Shown: piece after piece, positions 39,600 to 54,429 of the stretch | How positions within the stretch are numbered: the stretch's first letter is position 1 | Layout of the letters: each line of letters opens with the position of its first letter | Assembly (NCBI RefSeq): GCF_016432865.1 | Contig: NC_067399.1 | Span: forward strand, 261,392,001 to 261,456,000 | Source: Antechinus flavipes | Lineage: Eukaryota | Reading direction: 5' to 3' | Length of the DNA stretch: 64,000 nt | Position numbers and translations under genes: made by a program | Notes under the pieces: generated by a model | The model's input: the letters and a program-made list of their open reading frames with translations, nothing else | What the model was told of the DNA's origin: nothing | The model's database searches: none

Positions 39600-41469
39600 A
39601 AGACTAATCCATATACCTGTCTCTTTTATACTTTCTGTCACATCTTAGCCACATTTAGCTTCCAAAACAATCATTTTCTATCATGGTGCCTTTTGCAAAT
39701 CAAGGTCCTAAAGAACTGACTTTCTATGGAATATTTTATGGAAAATTTATATTTAAATGTTACCAAGGAAAAACCATTGCAGTCTACAAAGATGAAACGC
39801 AATCTACAGCAGTAAGCCTTGAGACTCAATCAGTTAGTTGCTGATTCCAGTATTATAGTACATTTGGGTGGAGTTAGTCAGTTAATCAGTCAAAAAATAT
39901 TTCTTGAGTATCTACTTTATGCCAGGCACTGTGTTAAGTATTGGAGATATAATGCAAGGTAAAATACAGTTCCTATCCTTGAGGAGCTCAAAATCTAAAG
40001 GTCAGTCAAATTCTTCCCCTTCCAGGTCGGGATACTGTGCCAAGCCTCTGATCTTATATAGCCAGATTTGATCATCTGCCTGAACAAACAGTATTATATG
40101 GAGATATAGAAGAAGCCCCAAAAGTAAGAGGTTATAGAAGAGGATGATCAAAGAGAATGGATCACCATCACAGCCTGAGGATGAGCCAGACTAGCCTTTT
40201 TAATGCTAGTATTTTGCCTCTTTTGATTATCTCCAACTTGTCCCATATATATCTCGTAAATTGTCTGCATATTGTTTCCCCTGTTACATCATGAACTCCT
40301 TGGGAGCACAGACAATTTTGTTGCCTTTGCTTGATTCTCCAGGATTTAGCACAGTGTCTGGCACATAGGAAGCCTTTAATAAATACTTGTTGACTGACTA
40401 ACTAAATCACAAGAAACAATCACTTAAAAAAACATCTAAAAAAGGGCCAAGGCAGAATTAAATAAAACAAAGAATATGAGGATAACAAAGCTTAGTCTTG
40501 TAGGCATTCCAAGATATAACAAAATTTCTCTTAGTTAATTAACCCTCTGCTTATTACCAGGAATTCATTAGTGGAAGGAATGAGTTTGTTTCTTTTCCAG
40601 CTTCAGAAACTCAGGTAAACAATTTATTAAAGCAAAGAGAGTTTTGCTATCTATTATTGGAGGACATATTTATGCCAACAAAATCACTGATCCTTGAAGT
40701 ATTGGAACTAGTATGACCCTATATTATTTCTCCTACATTTGTCTCTCTTTTTTAAATTTTTCTTTCAAACTAGTTCATATTTAATTAGTTGTCTTCAAGA
40801 AAATAATATAACCTTCTAGTATTTCTGTCTATCCAAGAAACTTGCTTTGGTTTCTTTCCAGCCTGCAGGTTCCCCAAAGTCCATGGATCTCTCTTAGCCA
40901 AAAACCTATCCAAAGGCCCTTCTTCCCTTCTAGAGTGGGATCACTTTATCAGACAACTTTGATTCAGTAGCTAGATCTGACAGCTTCTGCCTTAATAAAT
41001 ACCATTGTGTGAAAGGAGACAGGTGTGGGTATCACAAATAGTGCAGCTAGTAGATACAAACGTGGGCAGAAGAGGATGATCAAAGAGCTCATGAGAGAGT
41101 CTGACCCAGGATGAAGGAATGAAAAAAAGCATCATATTAATACAGGGCATCGTGGTTGCAAATAGAAAATAGTAAAAATAAGAAAACAGAAAAATTAGAC
41201 AGTTCCAACTTTCAAGAAACTCATCTTCTCAAAATTCATATGAAAGGTTTTAAGTGCAAGTCATTTGCAAAAGTTCTATGGTCCTTAGGGTGCAATGGCA
41301 AAATTGATGATATATCTCTTCTTTAATGTCATCTGCCAGGGAAGAAGGCAATTATGTGATAGCTTTCAGCATCTACAGCCTAGGGTTTAGAGCAATAATA
41401 TAAAAAGTTTACCCCAAAGAAACAGAAATTTTGGGAACTCATTGGTCCATACTGCTTTCACTTCAGCTT

Positions 41470-42452
41470 TTTCTTTATATGTCTTTGCTGACCTCCAATC
41501 TTCAATTTCCAAATGCCATTCAGGCATCATGAACTGGATTCCAGTAGACATCTTAAATTCAATATGTCCAAAAGAGAGCTCATTATCTTTCTCTCTAAAT
41601 CCTCCCTACTCTTACCTTCTCTATTACTATAGAGAGCATCACCATCCTCCCAGTCCCTTAGGCTTGCAAACTAAAAGTCATCCTGGATTCCTCACTATTT
41701 CTCACCTTCCATATCCAAGTTGTTGCCCAGACCTGTAGGCTTCAATTTGCAACATCTCTTGAACATATCCCCTTCTCTTCTCTGAACTGCCACTACTCTA
41801 GTACAGGTCTTCATAACTTCACACCTGGAACATTGCAGTAGCCAGTTTAGTGGGGCTGCCTGCTTCAAGTTTCTTCCCACTGCAAACCATATTCAAGCCA
41901 TTAAAATGATTTTCCTAAAACACAGATCTGACCATATCACCTCTCCCTACTCAACAAACCCCAGTGCTCCCTATGGCCACAAAATCAAATACAAAATTCT
42001 TTATTTGTCATTCAAACTTTTTTATAACCTAGTCTCCTCCTACCTTTCTAGTTTTTTTATGCCTTAATTCCTCTACACATATTCTTTTATCCAGTAATCC
42101 TGGCCTCCTATTTCACAAACAAGACACTCCATTTCATGGCTCCAGACTTTCTTTCTGATTGTCCCCCATGTCTGGAATGCTCTCCCTTCTCCATTTTGAT
42201 TACTGATCTTTTTGGCACCCTTTAAGTCTCAACTAAAATGTCATCTTCTACAGGAAGTTTTCTCAAACTTCTTTCAGTTTCAATATCTTCCTCCTATTAA
42301 TTATTTCCTTTTTATCTTACATATAGTTTGCTTTTGATATATTTGTTTGCATGTTATCTCTTCCATTAAATTATAAGCTCCTTGAGAGCAGGAATTGTCA
42401 TTTACCACAAAGCCTGGAATATAGTAGGCACTTAATAAATGTTTACTGATTG
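41470..42452 (+). mobile_element. L2 LINE 3' fragment
   Basis: Typical L2 3' end TAAGCTCCTTGAGAGCAGG...TAGTAGGCACTTAATAAATGTTTACTGATTGA, with upstream L2-like sequence. Confidence 0.75.
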
Positions 42453-42879
42453 ATTATACTTTATAGAATCAAGTTCAAATTCTTTAGTTTGTCATATAAG
42501 ACTCTCCATGCTTTGCTTCCATTTTTTTCAATTGGTATGAATCCTGCATTCTTTAANNNNNNNNNNNNNNNNNNNNNNNNNNNNNNNNNNNNNNNNNNNN
42601 NNNNNNNNNNNNNNNNNNNNNNNNNNNNNNNNNNNNNNNNNNNNNNNNNNNNNNNNNNNNNNNNNNNNNNNNNNNNNNNNNNNNNNNNNNNNNNNNNNNN
42701 NNNNNNNNNNNNNNNNNNNNNNNNNNNNNNNNNNNNNNNNNNNNNNNNNNNNNNNNNNNNNNNNNNNNNNNNNNNNNNNNNNNNNNGAAAAGAATTCTTT
42801 TTAAATTTTTAGATTTAAAATTCTGAAGTTAAACACTAATAAAAGCCATAAGAAATCATGAATCTCTGCTTGTTTGCTT

Positions 42880-43017
42880 TTGGCTGAGGCAATTAGGATT
42901 AAGTGATTTGCCCAGGATCATACAGCTAGGAAGTATTAAGTCTCTGAGGCCATATTTGGCCTCAGGTCCTCCTTATTTCAGGGCTAAAGCTCTAATCCAT
43001 TGTGCCATCTAGCTGCC
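42880..43017 (-). mobile_element. WSINE1-like SINE
   Basis: The reverse complement matches the element at 25829. Confidence 0.8.
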
Positions 43018-43310
43018 GCATACTGCTTGCTTTTTAAGAAATGCATTATACATTCTACCAATTATTTTCAATTGTCCTGCTTGTCTGTGCTTTCCTTTTA
43101 TTTTCTTCTGTGAATTTTTATTTTTATTTTTAAAAAGTTTTTTATTTTCAAAACATATGCACGGATAATTTTTCAACATTGACCCTCGCATAGCTTTGTG
43201 TTTCAGATTTTCCCTTCCTTTCCCCCATCCCTTCCCCTAGATGGCAAGCAATCCAATATATGTTATACATGTTAAAATATATGTTAAATCCAATATGTGC
43301 AAACATATTT

Positions 43311-44212
43311 TTTAATTTAAATTTTATTTTATTTAATAATAACTTTGTATTGACAGAATCCATGCCAGGGTAATTTTTTACAACATTATCCCTTGCACTC
43401 GCTTATGTTTCGTTTTTTCCCCTCCCTCCCTCCACCCCCCCAAGATGGCAAGCAGTCCTATATATGTTAAATATGTTGCAGTATATCCTAGATACAATAC
43501 ATATTTGCAGAACCGAACAGTTCTCCTGTTGCACAGGGAGAATTGGATTCAGAAGGTAAAAATAACTCGGGAAGAAAATCAAAAATGCAAATAGTTCACA
43601 TTCGTTTCCCAGTGTTCCTTCTTTGGGTGTAGCTGTTTCTGTCCATCATTTATCCATTGAAACTCAGTTAGGTCTCTTTGTCATAGAAATCCACTTCCAT
43701 CAGAATACATCCTCATACAATATTGTTGTCGAAGTGTATAATGATCTCCTGGTTCTGCTCATCTCACTTAGCATCAGTCCATGTAGGTCTTTCCAAGCCT
43801 CTCTGTATTCATCCTGCTGGTCATTCCTTACAGAGCAATAATATTCCATAACATTCATATACCACAATTTACCCAGCCATTCTCCAATTGATGGGCATCC
43901 ATTCATTTTCCAGTTTCTAGCCACTACAAACAGGGCTGCTATAAACATTTTGGCACATACAGGTCCCTTTCCCTTTTTTAGTATCTCTTTGGGGTATAAG
44001 CCCAATAGAAACACTGCTGGATCAAAGGGTATGCACAGTTTGATAACTTTTTGGGCATAATTCCAGATTGCTCTCCAGAATGGTTGGATTCGTTCACAAC
44101 TCCACCAACAATGCATTAGTGTCCCAGTTTTCCCGCATCCCCTCCAACATTCATCATTATTTTTTCCTGTCATCTTAGCCAATCTGACAGGTGTGTAGTG
44201 ATATCTCAGAGT
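43311..44212 (-). mobile_element. Young 5'-truncated L1 nested in an older L1 3' end (about 43118-44450)
   Basis: ORF 43700-44182 is the ORF2 C-terminus. 15-bp TSD TGTGCAAACATATTT (43296-43310 and 44213-44227). Confidence 0.92.
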
Positions 44213-47200
44213 TGTGCAAACATATTTAAACAGTTCTCTTGTTGCACAAGAAAAATCAGATCAAAAAGGAAAGAAAATGAGTAAGAAAACAAAATGCAAG
44301 TGAACAACATCAAAAAAAGTGAGAATGTTATGTTATAATCCACATTCAATTCCCACAGTCTTCTCTCTCAGTATTGTAGATGGCTCTCTTCATCTTTTGT
44401 GCATTTTAAAAAAAGCAAATAGACCTCTTTCCCTCCAATAAGGCTGCCTCTCATCCTTCACATATGCCACATTTATTCCTTCTCTTCATTACTTAAGCTG
44501 TTCTCCCCAACTCCTTACATATCCCTCTTTCCTATCCAAATTCTGCTATCCTTCAAAGATCATCTCAAAGATCTTACTATAGTCAGGGAGGCAGAATACT
44601 TCAGACATAGAACCTTGTTCTATGGGATGATGTTTGGGCTGGCCTTTTAGGCTAGATCTATGTATGGGAAGAAGAAATGAAAAAATGGCCAAGTTAGAGC
44701 TTTTCAAGACAGGACAGTTGGTCTGGGAGCATGGTATTACTAGATAACTTTCTCTATATGTCTGTGCTTGTATTCCTTAGTGTTGTACATGACTTTGGGG
44801 AACTTTTATGCACTGGACAATGATGAAGTGCTCTTTGACATAGGAAATATCAAAAAGTTTGGGTGGTGATGATTGATAAGCAACAGCTCAATTCTTCTAA
44901 GCCCTTCTTTATTGTCATGGATATGACTTGAAAAATACTGACCTTTAGAAATCAAGGGACCCTAATATTTCCTTCCTTGAACTTCCAGAATATTTAGATT
45001 CTGCATGATATCAGGTAGCATTTAATTACATGTAGTCTTACATTGTTCACTGCTTAGCATGCTTGTTTTGCTTCTCAATGTCTTTTTGAATCCAAAAATG
45101 TTTTCTATTGAAAGTTGGGATATTATAAAGTTAATTTTATGAAATTGTATGGAGAATACAAATTTTGCATTTTAAGAATTGTTCATGAATTTTGGGAATC
45201 TTTATCCCAGTTCCCATTCACATTGATGAGTTGGTTCATCCAAAAAAAGATTCTAACTGTATCTCATGGGTACCTACAAAGAATTAAGGGACTATTACTA
45301 ATTTTGTCACCTCAAGTCCCCATTCCAGTGTTTTACTCAACATTAATTATCAGTTCAAATTGGTCTCTCCTTTATATTCTTGTTACCTTATGTGACTGTT
45401 ATCCTAATATCACTCACTTCTGAAGGTGACGTGGTTTGGAACTTGTTAAGCTTAATGTGTCAGTGAAACATTGAAGTAGAAATATCCTATAGGTAACTGG
45501 ACATGTGGAACTGGAGAAAGGGAGAGAAGCGAGATGCAATTTCAGAGTTAGTCAAATTCATTCTGAAAAAAATGCCTGACAGTTGCTCATTTACCATTTG
45601 CTTAATGAAAGGGAATCTATTCTCATTGCAGCCCATTCCACTTTTGAAAGGAAGAGTTACCCAGCATCAAGCCTAAATCTTCCTCTTTGTGACTTCTACC
45701 AGAACAGAGAAATTGACTGGGGAGTTTAGTTATCTATATGGAAATTTTGTTTAAGCTACAAGATTTAATCAACTAGAGAAAAGATGACAACATTAATAAA
45801 GGCTTCTAAACTATAATTTAGGAGTATGTACCTGCATACATTTTGAACCGGAATAGTTGAGTCCCAGAGAATTCAATCTGTTGGGGGTTAGGAGCCTGGA
45901 GTATTAATTACACTAATCCCAAAATTTTTTTAGGGATCCAATGCCAATGAATGGAAAAGTAGAAGGCTAAGGTAGTGATTTTGTTCATGAAATCAAAACT
46001 TTTCATAATAATACTAAGACATTTTAATTTTAATACAGTAAATATCAATGGATATAACTGACTGGAACTAAAGTTCTTGGCAGGTAAAGTGATCCTCAAT
46101 AATTTTTAAAAGTATGAATTTAAATCCTCAAAAACTTTAAGAACCATTGGACAAAGGAATAACAATTCTTAAATGAAATCACTTCAAGACTTTTTCTTTA
46201 TCATTCCAATTCTCTGTTCCAAATTTTTGCCTTTATTATGTAAATGTAATTATCATATACATATTACTATTCCAGTAACAAGCTTAGCACCTGGCTTTAA
46301 GTCTACATTTGTATGCCCCCCAGAGCCCACAGACTTAATAAGTTTTTTTCTGAATTGAATTTGTTGAATACTCAGGACAGTATTACCCAAACCACTGATT
46401 CAGCAGAATCAAATGATGTTGAAGTCATTGGTTTTAGTTCAGAAATACAAAAAATTTCATGCCTTTATTTATGGAAAAGATCCATAGTTTCTGGAGATTG
46501 TGATACTTGGCAAAGTCACAGATGATAGTGGCTTTTTAGATTATCTTTTTAGAAAGAGATTTAAAGCATTCAAGACATGCTTAAAGATTTATACAATTAG
46601 AATTGTACAATATAAGATCTATTTTCTCCCAAACCAGTGATTTCCCCCTCTGAAACACAATGCTTCCTCAAAATCAAACAATCAACATTTGTTCAATGTT
46701 TTCTATTATATTTTTCTGGCAATGTTCTAGAGCCTGCAGATATAGTGCCTGACCCTCTTTTGTACTTTTTTTGGTGGGAGGAGCCATGTATGTCACAGAA
46801 TAATTTTGTTCAATTTTGTTCCAAGTGGTATAGTATTGGGTTTTTCTTGAAGGGTTGTAGTGGAATATAGTGGAATATCCCTGTACTTGGAGTCAAAATA
46901 TCGTCATCACTTGCTATTTGTGTGATCTTTCACAAATCACTACCTTTCTTTCATCGTTAGTGTCGTCTGTGAAATGCAGACAGTGACATTTGAACTTTCG
47001 ACCTACAAGCACAATGCTTGTAAACCATATACCACAATAACAAATGCATCATTTTTATAGATACTAGAAATGAAGAAGCTTTTTTTTAATTGACAGGTCT
47101 TTATGCCCCTGAAGAAATCAGCTGAAGGTCACATTCAAATCAAAAGCTCAAAAAAGAGAGAATATGTTACAAACAAATGCCCATCCAATTATAGGCTTCA

Positions 47201-47849
47201 TTTTTCATAAAGTTCAAACTTCTAAGAGTTGGAAGTCACGGCACATTCCAATGAGACTTTGAATTCCTGAGAGAGTGCTGTGTAGTAAGTTTATATTATG
47301 AATAGATGACAGAAGAGGGAAGTGAAAATAGGTCTGCTCACCGGATAGAGCAAAGGCATGAGGAAAGGGAAAAAAGGAACAGAACAAGAGTGGTACAACA
47401 TTCAAGACATGGAGTGTCAAAACATAGAGCTATCATGAGAACCAAGATCAGAGTGGAAAAGTAAGCTTCTGGCTGAGTCAGCCAATAAGACAATAAATTT
47501 TATTAAGCTGTAGCTATAAGAAGGAAAGATAACAGAAATATAGTATTTTCCCTAGTTTACCGACAAAGACAAATGGATTAAAAAAGAGCTTTTTCTAAGA
47601 AGTATGCTGGGGAAGTAAAAAAGGGAATACATTCATTGCGGAATGATGGCTAAGCATGTATCTAGTAGTTTGGGTTTTTTTTTTTTTAAGTTTCCTTTTT
47701 TCTTTCATTTAAATGGTTTTGCTCCTCTTTGCCTAGTGTATTAATATGACAATAAATGAGTTTCTAAATCTAATTTAACCTTAAATGTCACCAGTTCACA
47801 GTAGAGTGAGAACTTTAGTCATGTACAAATTAGAATGGAAACAGTGATG

Positions 47850-48430
47850 TGGATGATGGTAGGCACCAAAAGATTGGGGTTTGGTCCTATGAAGAATTCA
47901 CAACAGCTATTCTCTTTGGCAAAAGGTAGATTTATTTAGAGAAGAGTTACAGACAAAATGAAGGGATGATAGACACCAGGGATGGTAAATATGAAATATA
48001 GTGAGGGGGTTTTACCAGGAAAAAGGAGATACCCCATGAGGTTGGGACATGCCTTTAGCTGGCAGGCTAAATCCTAAAAAGGACTTAACACCCCAGAAGA
48101 GTTAGCTAGCTATAAGAAGTGAGGTCAGGAGAGACACCACAAGGCAGATTGGGTTAGGGGAGTGGTGAGGAGAAAGAAACCATAAGGCAGAATGCTCTGG
48201 AAGACTGATTCAAAGGAGGGCAGCAGTCATGGGATAGCCCATGGGTAGATTTGATAGGGAAATTTTAACTTCATGGACATAACTAAGATTTCTGACAGGA
48301 TATGGCAAGGTGAAACAACTCAAGATCTCTACAGAGGGTGGGTCTCAGGCGTTTGACATAATTTGGATTTCTGACTGAATGACTTTCCCAGAGGATGGAA
48401 TCATGAAACTAAAATAATCTCTATCAGTGC
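47850..48430 (-). mobile_element. Probable solo LTR
   Basis: About 570 bp with LTR-like composition, minus-strand AATAAA near 47931, and TG/CA-like ends. No convincing TSD. Confidence 0.4.
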
Positions 48431-51400
48431 CTTCTCCCCTCAGGGATTAGTTTTTATCAGTTTCTCTTGGCTAGTCACTGAAGACCTCATCAAAAGTATT
48501 CTGTATGAAACTATGAATCACTATTATATATAACTTGCTTTCTGAAAATACATATATGGTATATTCAGCAAGTTTTTTCAAAGCTGTCCTGTTTGTCTGA
48601 GTTCCCTTCTGGCCTTTCTTTGGTTCTTTTCTGCAAATTTAAGATCATCTTTATTTTTTTTTTTTTAACTTTTCTGCAAATTTAAAAAAATACTTGAATC
48701 CTGTTCTTTCTTTGGCAACACAATTGTTAGCTTTCCTCTCCCCTCCAAATTGCCATTCCAATTAAAAAAGAAAATTCACAAACATCATAACAAATTTAAG
48801 CACTGTAATAAAAAAGATATTCCCTTATGAAATATCTTATTGCCATATATTAGTAGGTAAATGTATCAGATTTGTTGTTGTTCAGTCATGTCTGACTGTT
48901 CGTGACCCCATATGTAGTTTGCCAAATGATTTGCTGTTTCCTTCTCCAGATCATTTTACAGATAAGGAAACTGAGGCAAACAGGGCTAAGTTATTTACCC
49001 AGTGTCACATAGCTATTATAAATTCAGGTATTCCTGACTACAGGCCCAGTACTCTATCTACCCAACTTGTCAGATTAGATGGCAAAAACAGATACTTGTA
49101 TTGTTAAAGTCATACTCTACAGAAAAATCAGGTTAAAAAAAATCTATGGAAGAAACCTTTATCACCATTGTAAATTTTATCTTAATAGATAAGTAATAGA
49201 AAATTGCTTACGGCACAAAGAGAATAAGTCATTTGCCTACAATCATACCACCAGGAAGATTGAGAAATAGATTTGAATCCCAGTTTTCCTGTCTTCAAAT
49301 CCAGCATTCTATACACTTACTTCGAGGCAATACCATATTGTCTTAACAAGAAATTTAAGTAAATAAATGAAGACCTTCCCACAAAACTTCTTCATTTTAA
49401 TAATGTTCTATAGAGCTTGATCAGACAAAACAGAGTAGTATTATAGGAAATACTATATATAGAAGCAAACAAAATTATGACTAAATACTATGTAATTTTG
49501 CAGCCTAAATTTACCTTATAGACTTGTCTAGCATCTCTTCTTCCAGTTCTGATATTATACACTGGCCTTTTCTTTATTCTAACAAATCCTAATAAAATTT
49601 GGTTTGTTTTCCATCACAGAAAACTCTGACAGCCAATTTACATCCATTCTATTTTCTTTGTGGCCACCCTTATATTTGGATGTGTCAGCTGTTCAGTATG
49701 TTCAAAGGGCCAGCAAAAAAAAAAAAAAAGACTTTAGTTCCTTCATTCTGTCCTGCAAAATTTTCAGTTTCTTTTCTGTTATTTAACAGGCATCCCACAT
49801 CAATTTTAGACTATTCTAACAAGCATACAAGTGGCACAATAAGTAAGAGAAGGTACCTTGTAAAGTCACAACATTGAACCCTCATATATCCCTTCACTTT
49901 TCAGTCTCAATATCAGAGACTGTGACATTGAGGCTGTCTTCCCCTCTCTGCCTCCATACTATACTAGCTACCCTTCAGATCTGCATTCCTTCTCTCAGAG
50001 CCATCTGCCTGTTCTCTGGGATTCTAGTTGAGCCACTATCTCAATGAGGCTTCCACAGTCTGAGAATCCAGGGCTAAATCTGCAGGAGAACAAAGCTCAG
50101 ACTCATTGGTATAATTAACCTTTCCTATTTAACCCAGTTAAATAGCTACAGTTCACTCTTATAAATCACTCATTTTTTTTTTTAAGTCTGAGGCTTATTT
50201 TGAAACATTCTTTTTCATAATTTTCTCTCAGTTTAGATAGAATTGAATTTATAAGACATGCTAGGTAAAAGCTGGTTGAGTGCCTCATGGGCTTAATGTT
50301 TGTTATCAGAAGTTTCATCTATTAGACCATGGTACTGATTTAGGGCAATGTAGGCAGCAAAATGAAGCTCTTGCCCAAGCTTGGCCAAATAATATCTTAG
50401 AGCAGTGTCACAAAGCTAGTATAAACTCAGGAGGAATATAGAGAATATAGTATAAACTCAGGAGGAAAAAAATAGAACAGAGATAGATTGTTGCTTGTCT
50501 AATTTTCACTGTATTCAGTCTGTTTAAATTACTCTATTTTTTGGGCTTCAGAAGTTTCTGGCACTTTTAATTAAATTCCCTCAGATTAAGAATTACACAT
50601 ATATAGAAATGGATCTCTGCCACAGCTATCATATCCTGTTTTCTGAGAACATAGGATCTGGCAAATGTGCTACCTTGGCCATTAGGCCTTTGTAATTTCA
50701 GTTATTCCATCAGCACAAAAAAAAAAAAAACAAGTTTATCTCTAAATCTGAAGTCAATCTGTTGTTACCTTTGGAGTTTTCTTTTCATTTTTAGGAGCCC
50801 TTTCTTTTTGGCATATGCTTTCCCTAAACTCCCTTCCAACTGCCTTTCTTGTTTCTAGTGGTTTTGAGGGAGAATGGGATTTATGAAATTATTATTTATT
50901 ATCAGTAAATATTTGATTTATACACCTATTTTATATACCTATCTATAAACTCAGGGTCACATAAAATTTTTTCTTGGGGAAATGAGAGGAAAAAGTTTAA
51001 GAAGCTCTGTTCTATTACATTCATATATAATTTGCAGTCATTCCCCCAATAAATAGGTACCCCTTTAGTTTCTAATTTTTTTCTCCTATAAAAAGAGCTG
51101 CCACAGATATTTTTATAGTAATGATTTCTTCATTCCTTCTTTTATTTCTTTGGGGTTACTGCCTATAATGGTGATATAGGTGAACAAAAGATATGTATAA
51201 TTTAGTGGTATTCTCTATATAACTATTCTTTGTTTTGCTAAAAAAAAAAATCTATAGAGTTTTCAAAGGAGAAGGGGAAAAAAATCCAAGGGATGAAACT
51301 AAAAGGACATTTTCAGCAGTACTTTTGCCTCTTCACAAAGGATTTCTTCAAAACGTCACATACTGCACAGAATTCTCTTACATTACTTCCCATAAAACCT

Positions 51401-53496
51401 GTACTCATAAGGATTCTGAAAGAACAGAAAAGGCTTGAAAAAATAGTCAATTTGGAGAGAAAAACAGGATCGTGGGTATTCCTGAAGTTTGGAAATATTT
51501 GCCTCATTCTACACTGTTAGGTCACTGCCATCTGCCCAGAGGCATACTTTTATCATCTTCTGAAGTCATTATTAATGATGGCATTGATTAGAGTTCTTGA
51601 GTCTTTCAAAAGTCTTTCCCTTTATAGGGCTGTGATTACTAAATAAATTTTCCCCTGATTCTACTTATTTCACTTTGTATCAGTTCATAAAATCTTCCCA
51701 TGTTTCTGAATCCCTCATATCCATTACTTTGTACATTCTATTACAATCTAATCTGTTTACATATTATGATGGGACCATTATTTGCTAGGAATCTCTTCTC
51801 TCTGCCCTACTCCCTCCTTCACACAGAATAGGCTATATTTTCCCCCAAAGGTGACAAAACCCAGCTTTGGCCCAGGGGGAGGCAGCTCTAAGACATATCT
51901 CTCTCAATAGCAGCTTCCCAGTTGCCTCAGACTTCATTTGCATAGCTCCTTGGTTATCTAAAGTCATAAAAAGATCCACATATTGCATTAATTAGTACCC
52001 TTTGGACTTGTTGTGCGTCCCAAAATCATAGGAAATGTTTCAATATGAAAATAAGAACATTGAGAGGAAAGGAGGTTATTCCTTAACTAAATGCTATAGT
52101 ATCCTTATTGAATATCTTTGGGTGTTCTGTGTTAGGACTAAGTAAACCTTATTTTGTTAATTGTTCAGTGACATATGAATGCCTTATCTCCTTCACATGG
52201 AATTTGAACAGAGGATAATGATGTCAGGCCCACACCTAATGCATTCAATTTGTGCAGCTCACCTTATTCCCCTGTTCCCTCTCTCCCTTTCCTTCTGTCC
52301 AACTCTTAAGATCTCTCATTTTCACAGTTCCCATTTCAACCTAGTATCTAAAGATCCTTTCTCCTAGGAAAACAAAAAAATGAAGAATTTTATTTGTTTT
52401 TCATTAAAAAGAAACAAATTTTCTTTCCCTCTTCCCCAATCTTAGACATACATAGAGCTACTATTAATTTGTTTAAAGATTTGTTCTTCTGATGTTACTG
52501 GTCAAAGCTTTGGCCAGATATCTGTAGCAATCATATAGATCTGCAGAGATCAGAGCACTGTTAGAAGTAGACAAAGGTCAAGGATTTTTGACCCTTCAAG
52601 TCAGAGGGAGAGGTAGCTGTACTTGTGGGGAAGAACAGAACAATTTAATTAGTAACCTTAGGGGGAAAAACACTGTGGTTTGATAAACTGAACCCTCTGA
52701 TGGGATATTAGGTATATAACATTACAGTTTGAACTTGCTCTGTAGCAAAAAATACAATTTCCTGTATTTTATAAATTAGCTACATACTTTCTTGGATTAT
52801 ATACATAACCTATTTCCTTGTCTTCACCTTCTTAACTCCCACATTACCAAATTACACATTTTTTAAACTGGAAAGGATTTTGCAGATCATATAATCCAAA
52901 GCCCAGGGAAAGAATAGAGAGGAGAAAAAATCTTTCAGGTGTTCAGGAAAAGAGGAAGGAAAGAATGGAGGCTATAGTAAGAATTTTGCAATTGAAAAAA
53001 AAAATTGTACTTTTTTGACTTTGCTAGGAAAGACATTTATGTTTTCTTCTCATTAACAAAGAAAACTTTGATACACAGAAAGAAACTGATAAGAGAAAGC
53101 TAAATTTAGGGATCACTGAGTAAAGTGATAGACCTCTGAACCTGGACTTAGAGAAGATTGACTTTGAAACCTATTTGAGACCCTTACTGGCTCTGTGGCC
53201 CTGGCAAATCAACTCAGTCTCCTCATCTGTAAAATGAAGATATTAGTGCCCATCTCAGGAGGTTGTTGTGAAGACCAAATGAAATAATATATGCTATTTT
53301 GCAAACCTTAAAGCACTTTGTATAAGTTAATGTAAGGAATTATGTTAGAAACATTTATTTAATCTGATCCCCAATATGAATCTGCAAAAGTTTTGATAGG
53401 ATCAATATAAAGTGAGAGGAACAAGTAAATATTTGATTCTTCTAGTAGGCCTGGCTAGTCATAGTTAGTATCTGTTTGTGAAGAATCCTGGATTTA

Positions 53497-54429
53497 CATT
53501 ATTAATCAGAGAAATGCAAATTAAGACAACTCTGAGATACCACTACAATAATCTGTCAGACTGGCTAGAATGACAGGGAAAGATAATGCGGAATGCTGGA
53601 GGAGATGTGGGAAAACAGGGACACTGATATATTGCTGGTGGAATTGTGAACACATCCAGCCATTCTGGAGAGCAATTTGGAACTATGCTCAAAAAGTTAT
53701 CAAACTGTGCATACCCTTTGATCCAGCAGTGTTTCTACTGGGCTTATACCCCAAAGAGATACTAAAGAAGGGAAAGGGACCTGTATGTGCCAAAATGTTT
53801 GTGGCAGCCCTGTTTGTAGTGGCTAGAAACTGGAAATTGAATGGATGCCCATCAGTTGGAGAATGGCTGGGTAAATTGTGGTATATGAATGTTATGGAAT
53901 ATTATTGTTCTGTAAGAAATGACCAGCAGGATGAATACAGAGAGGACTGGTGAGACTTACATGAACTGATGCTAAGTGAAATGAGCAGAACCAGGAGATC
54001 ATTATGTACCGCAACAATGATACTGTATGAGGATGTATTCTGAGGGAAGTGGATTTCTTCGACAAAGAGAAGATCTAACTCAGTTTCAGTTGATCAATGA
54101 CGGACAGAAGCAGCTACACCCAAAGAAAGAACACTGGGAAATGCAACTGCTTGCATTTTTGTTTTTCTTCCCGGGTTATTTATACCTTCTGAATCCAATT
54201 CTCCCTGTGCAACAAGAGAACTGTTTGGTTCTGCATACATATATCGTATCTAGGATATACTGTAACCTATTTAACTGTAACCTATGTAACAAGGCCTGCT
54301 TGCCCTCTGGGGGAGGGGGTGGAGGGAGGGAGGGGAAAAATCGGGACAGAAGTGAGTGCAAGGGATAATGTTGTAAAAAATTACCCTGGCATGGGTTCTG
54401 TCAATAAAAAGTTATTAAAAAAAAAAAAA
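53497..54429 (+). mobile_element. Young 5'-truncated L1
   Basis: ORF 53570-53953 is the ORF2 C-terminus. It has a poly-A tail and a 16-bp TSD AAGAATCCTGGATTTA (53481-53496 and 54430-54445). Confidence 0.93.

Noticed and set aside
45115-45423. 102-aa ORF faintly like olfactory receptor TM2-TM3
   Set aside because: No MAYDRY or PMYFFL motif and no further helices; the composition is that of AT-rich random sequence.
46313-46560. Exon-like stretch with SG-VILGKV recalling TTC5
   Set aside because: Only about 8 residues match, a frameshift is needed, and the flanks do not align.
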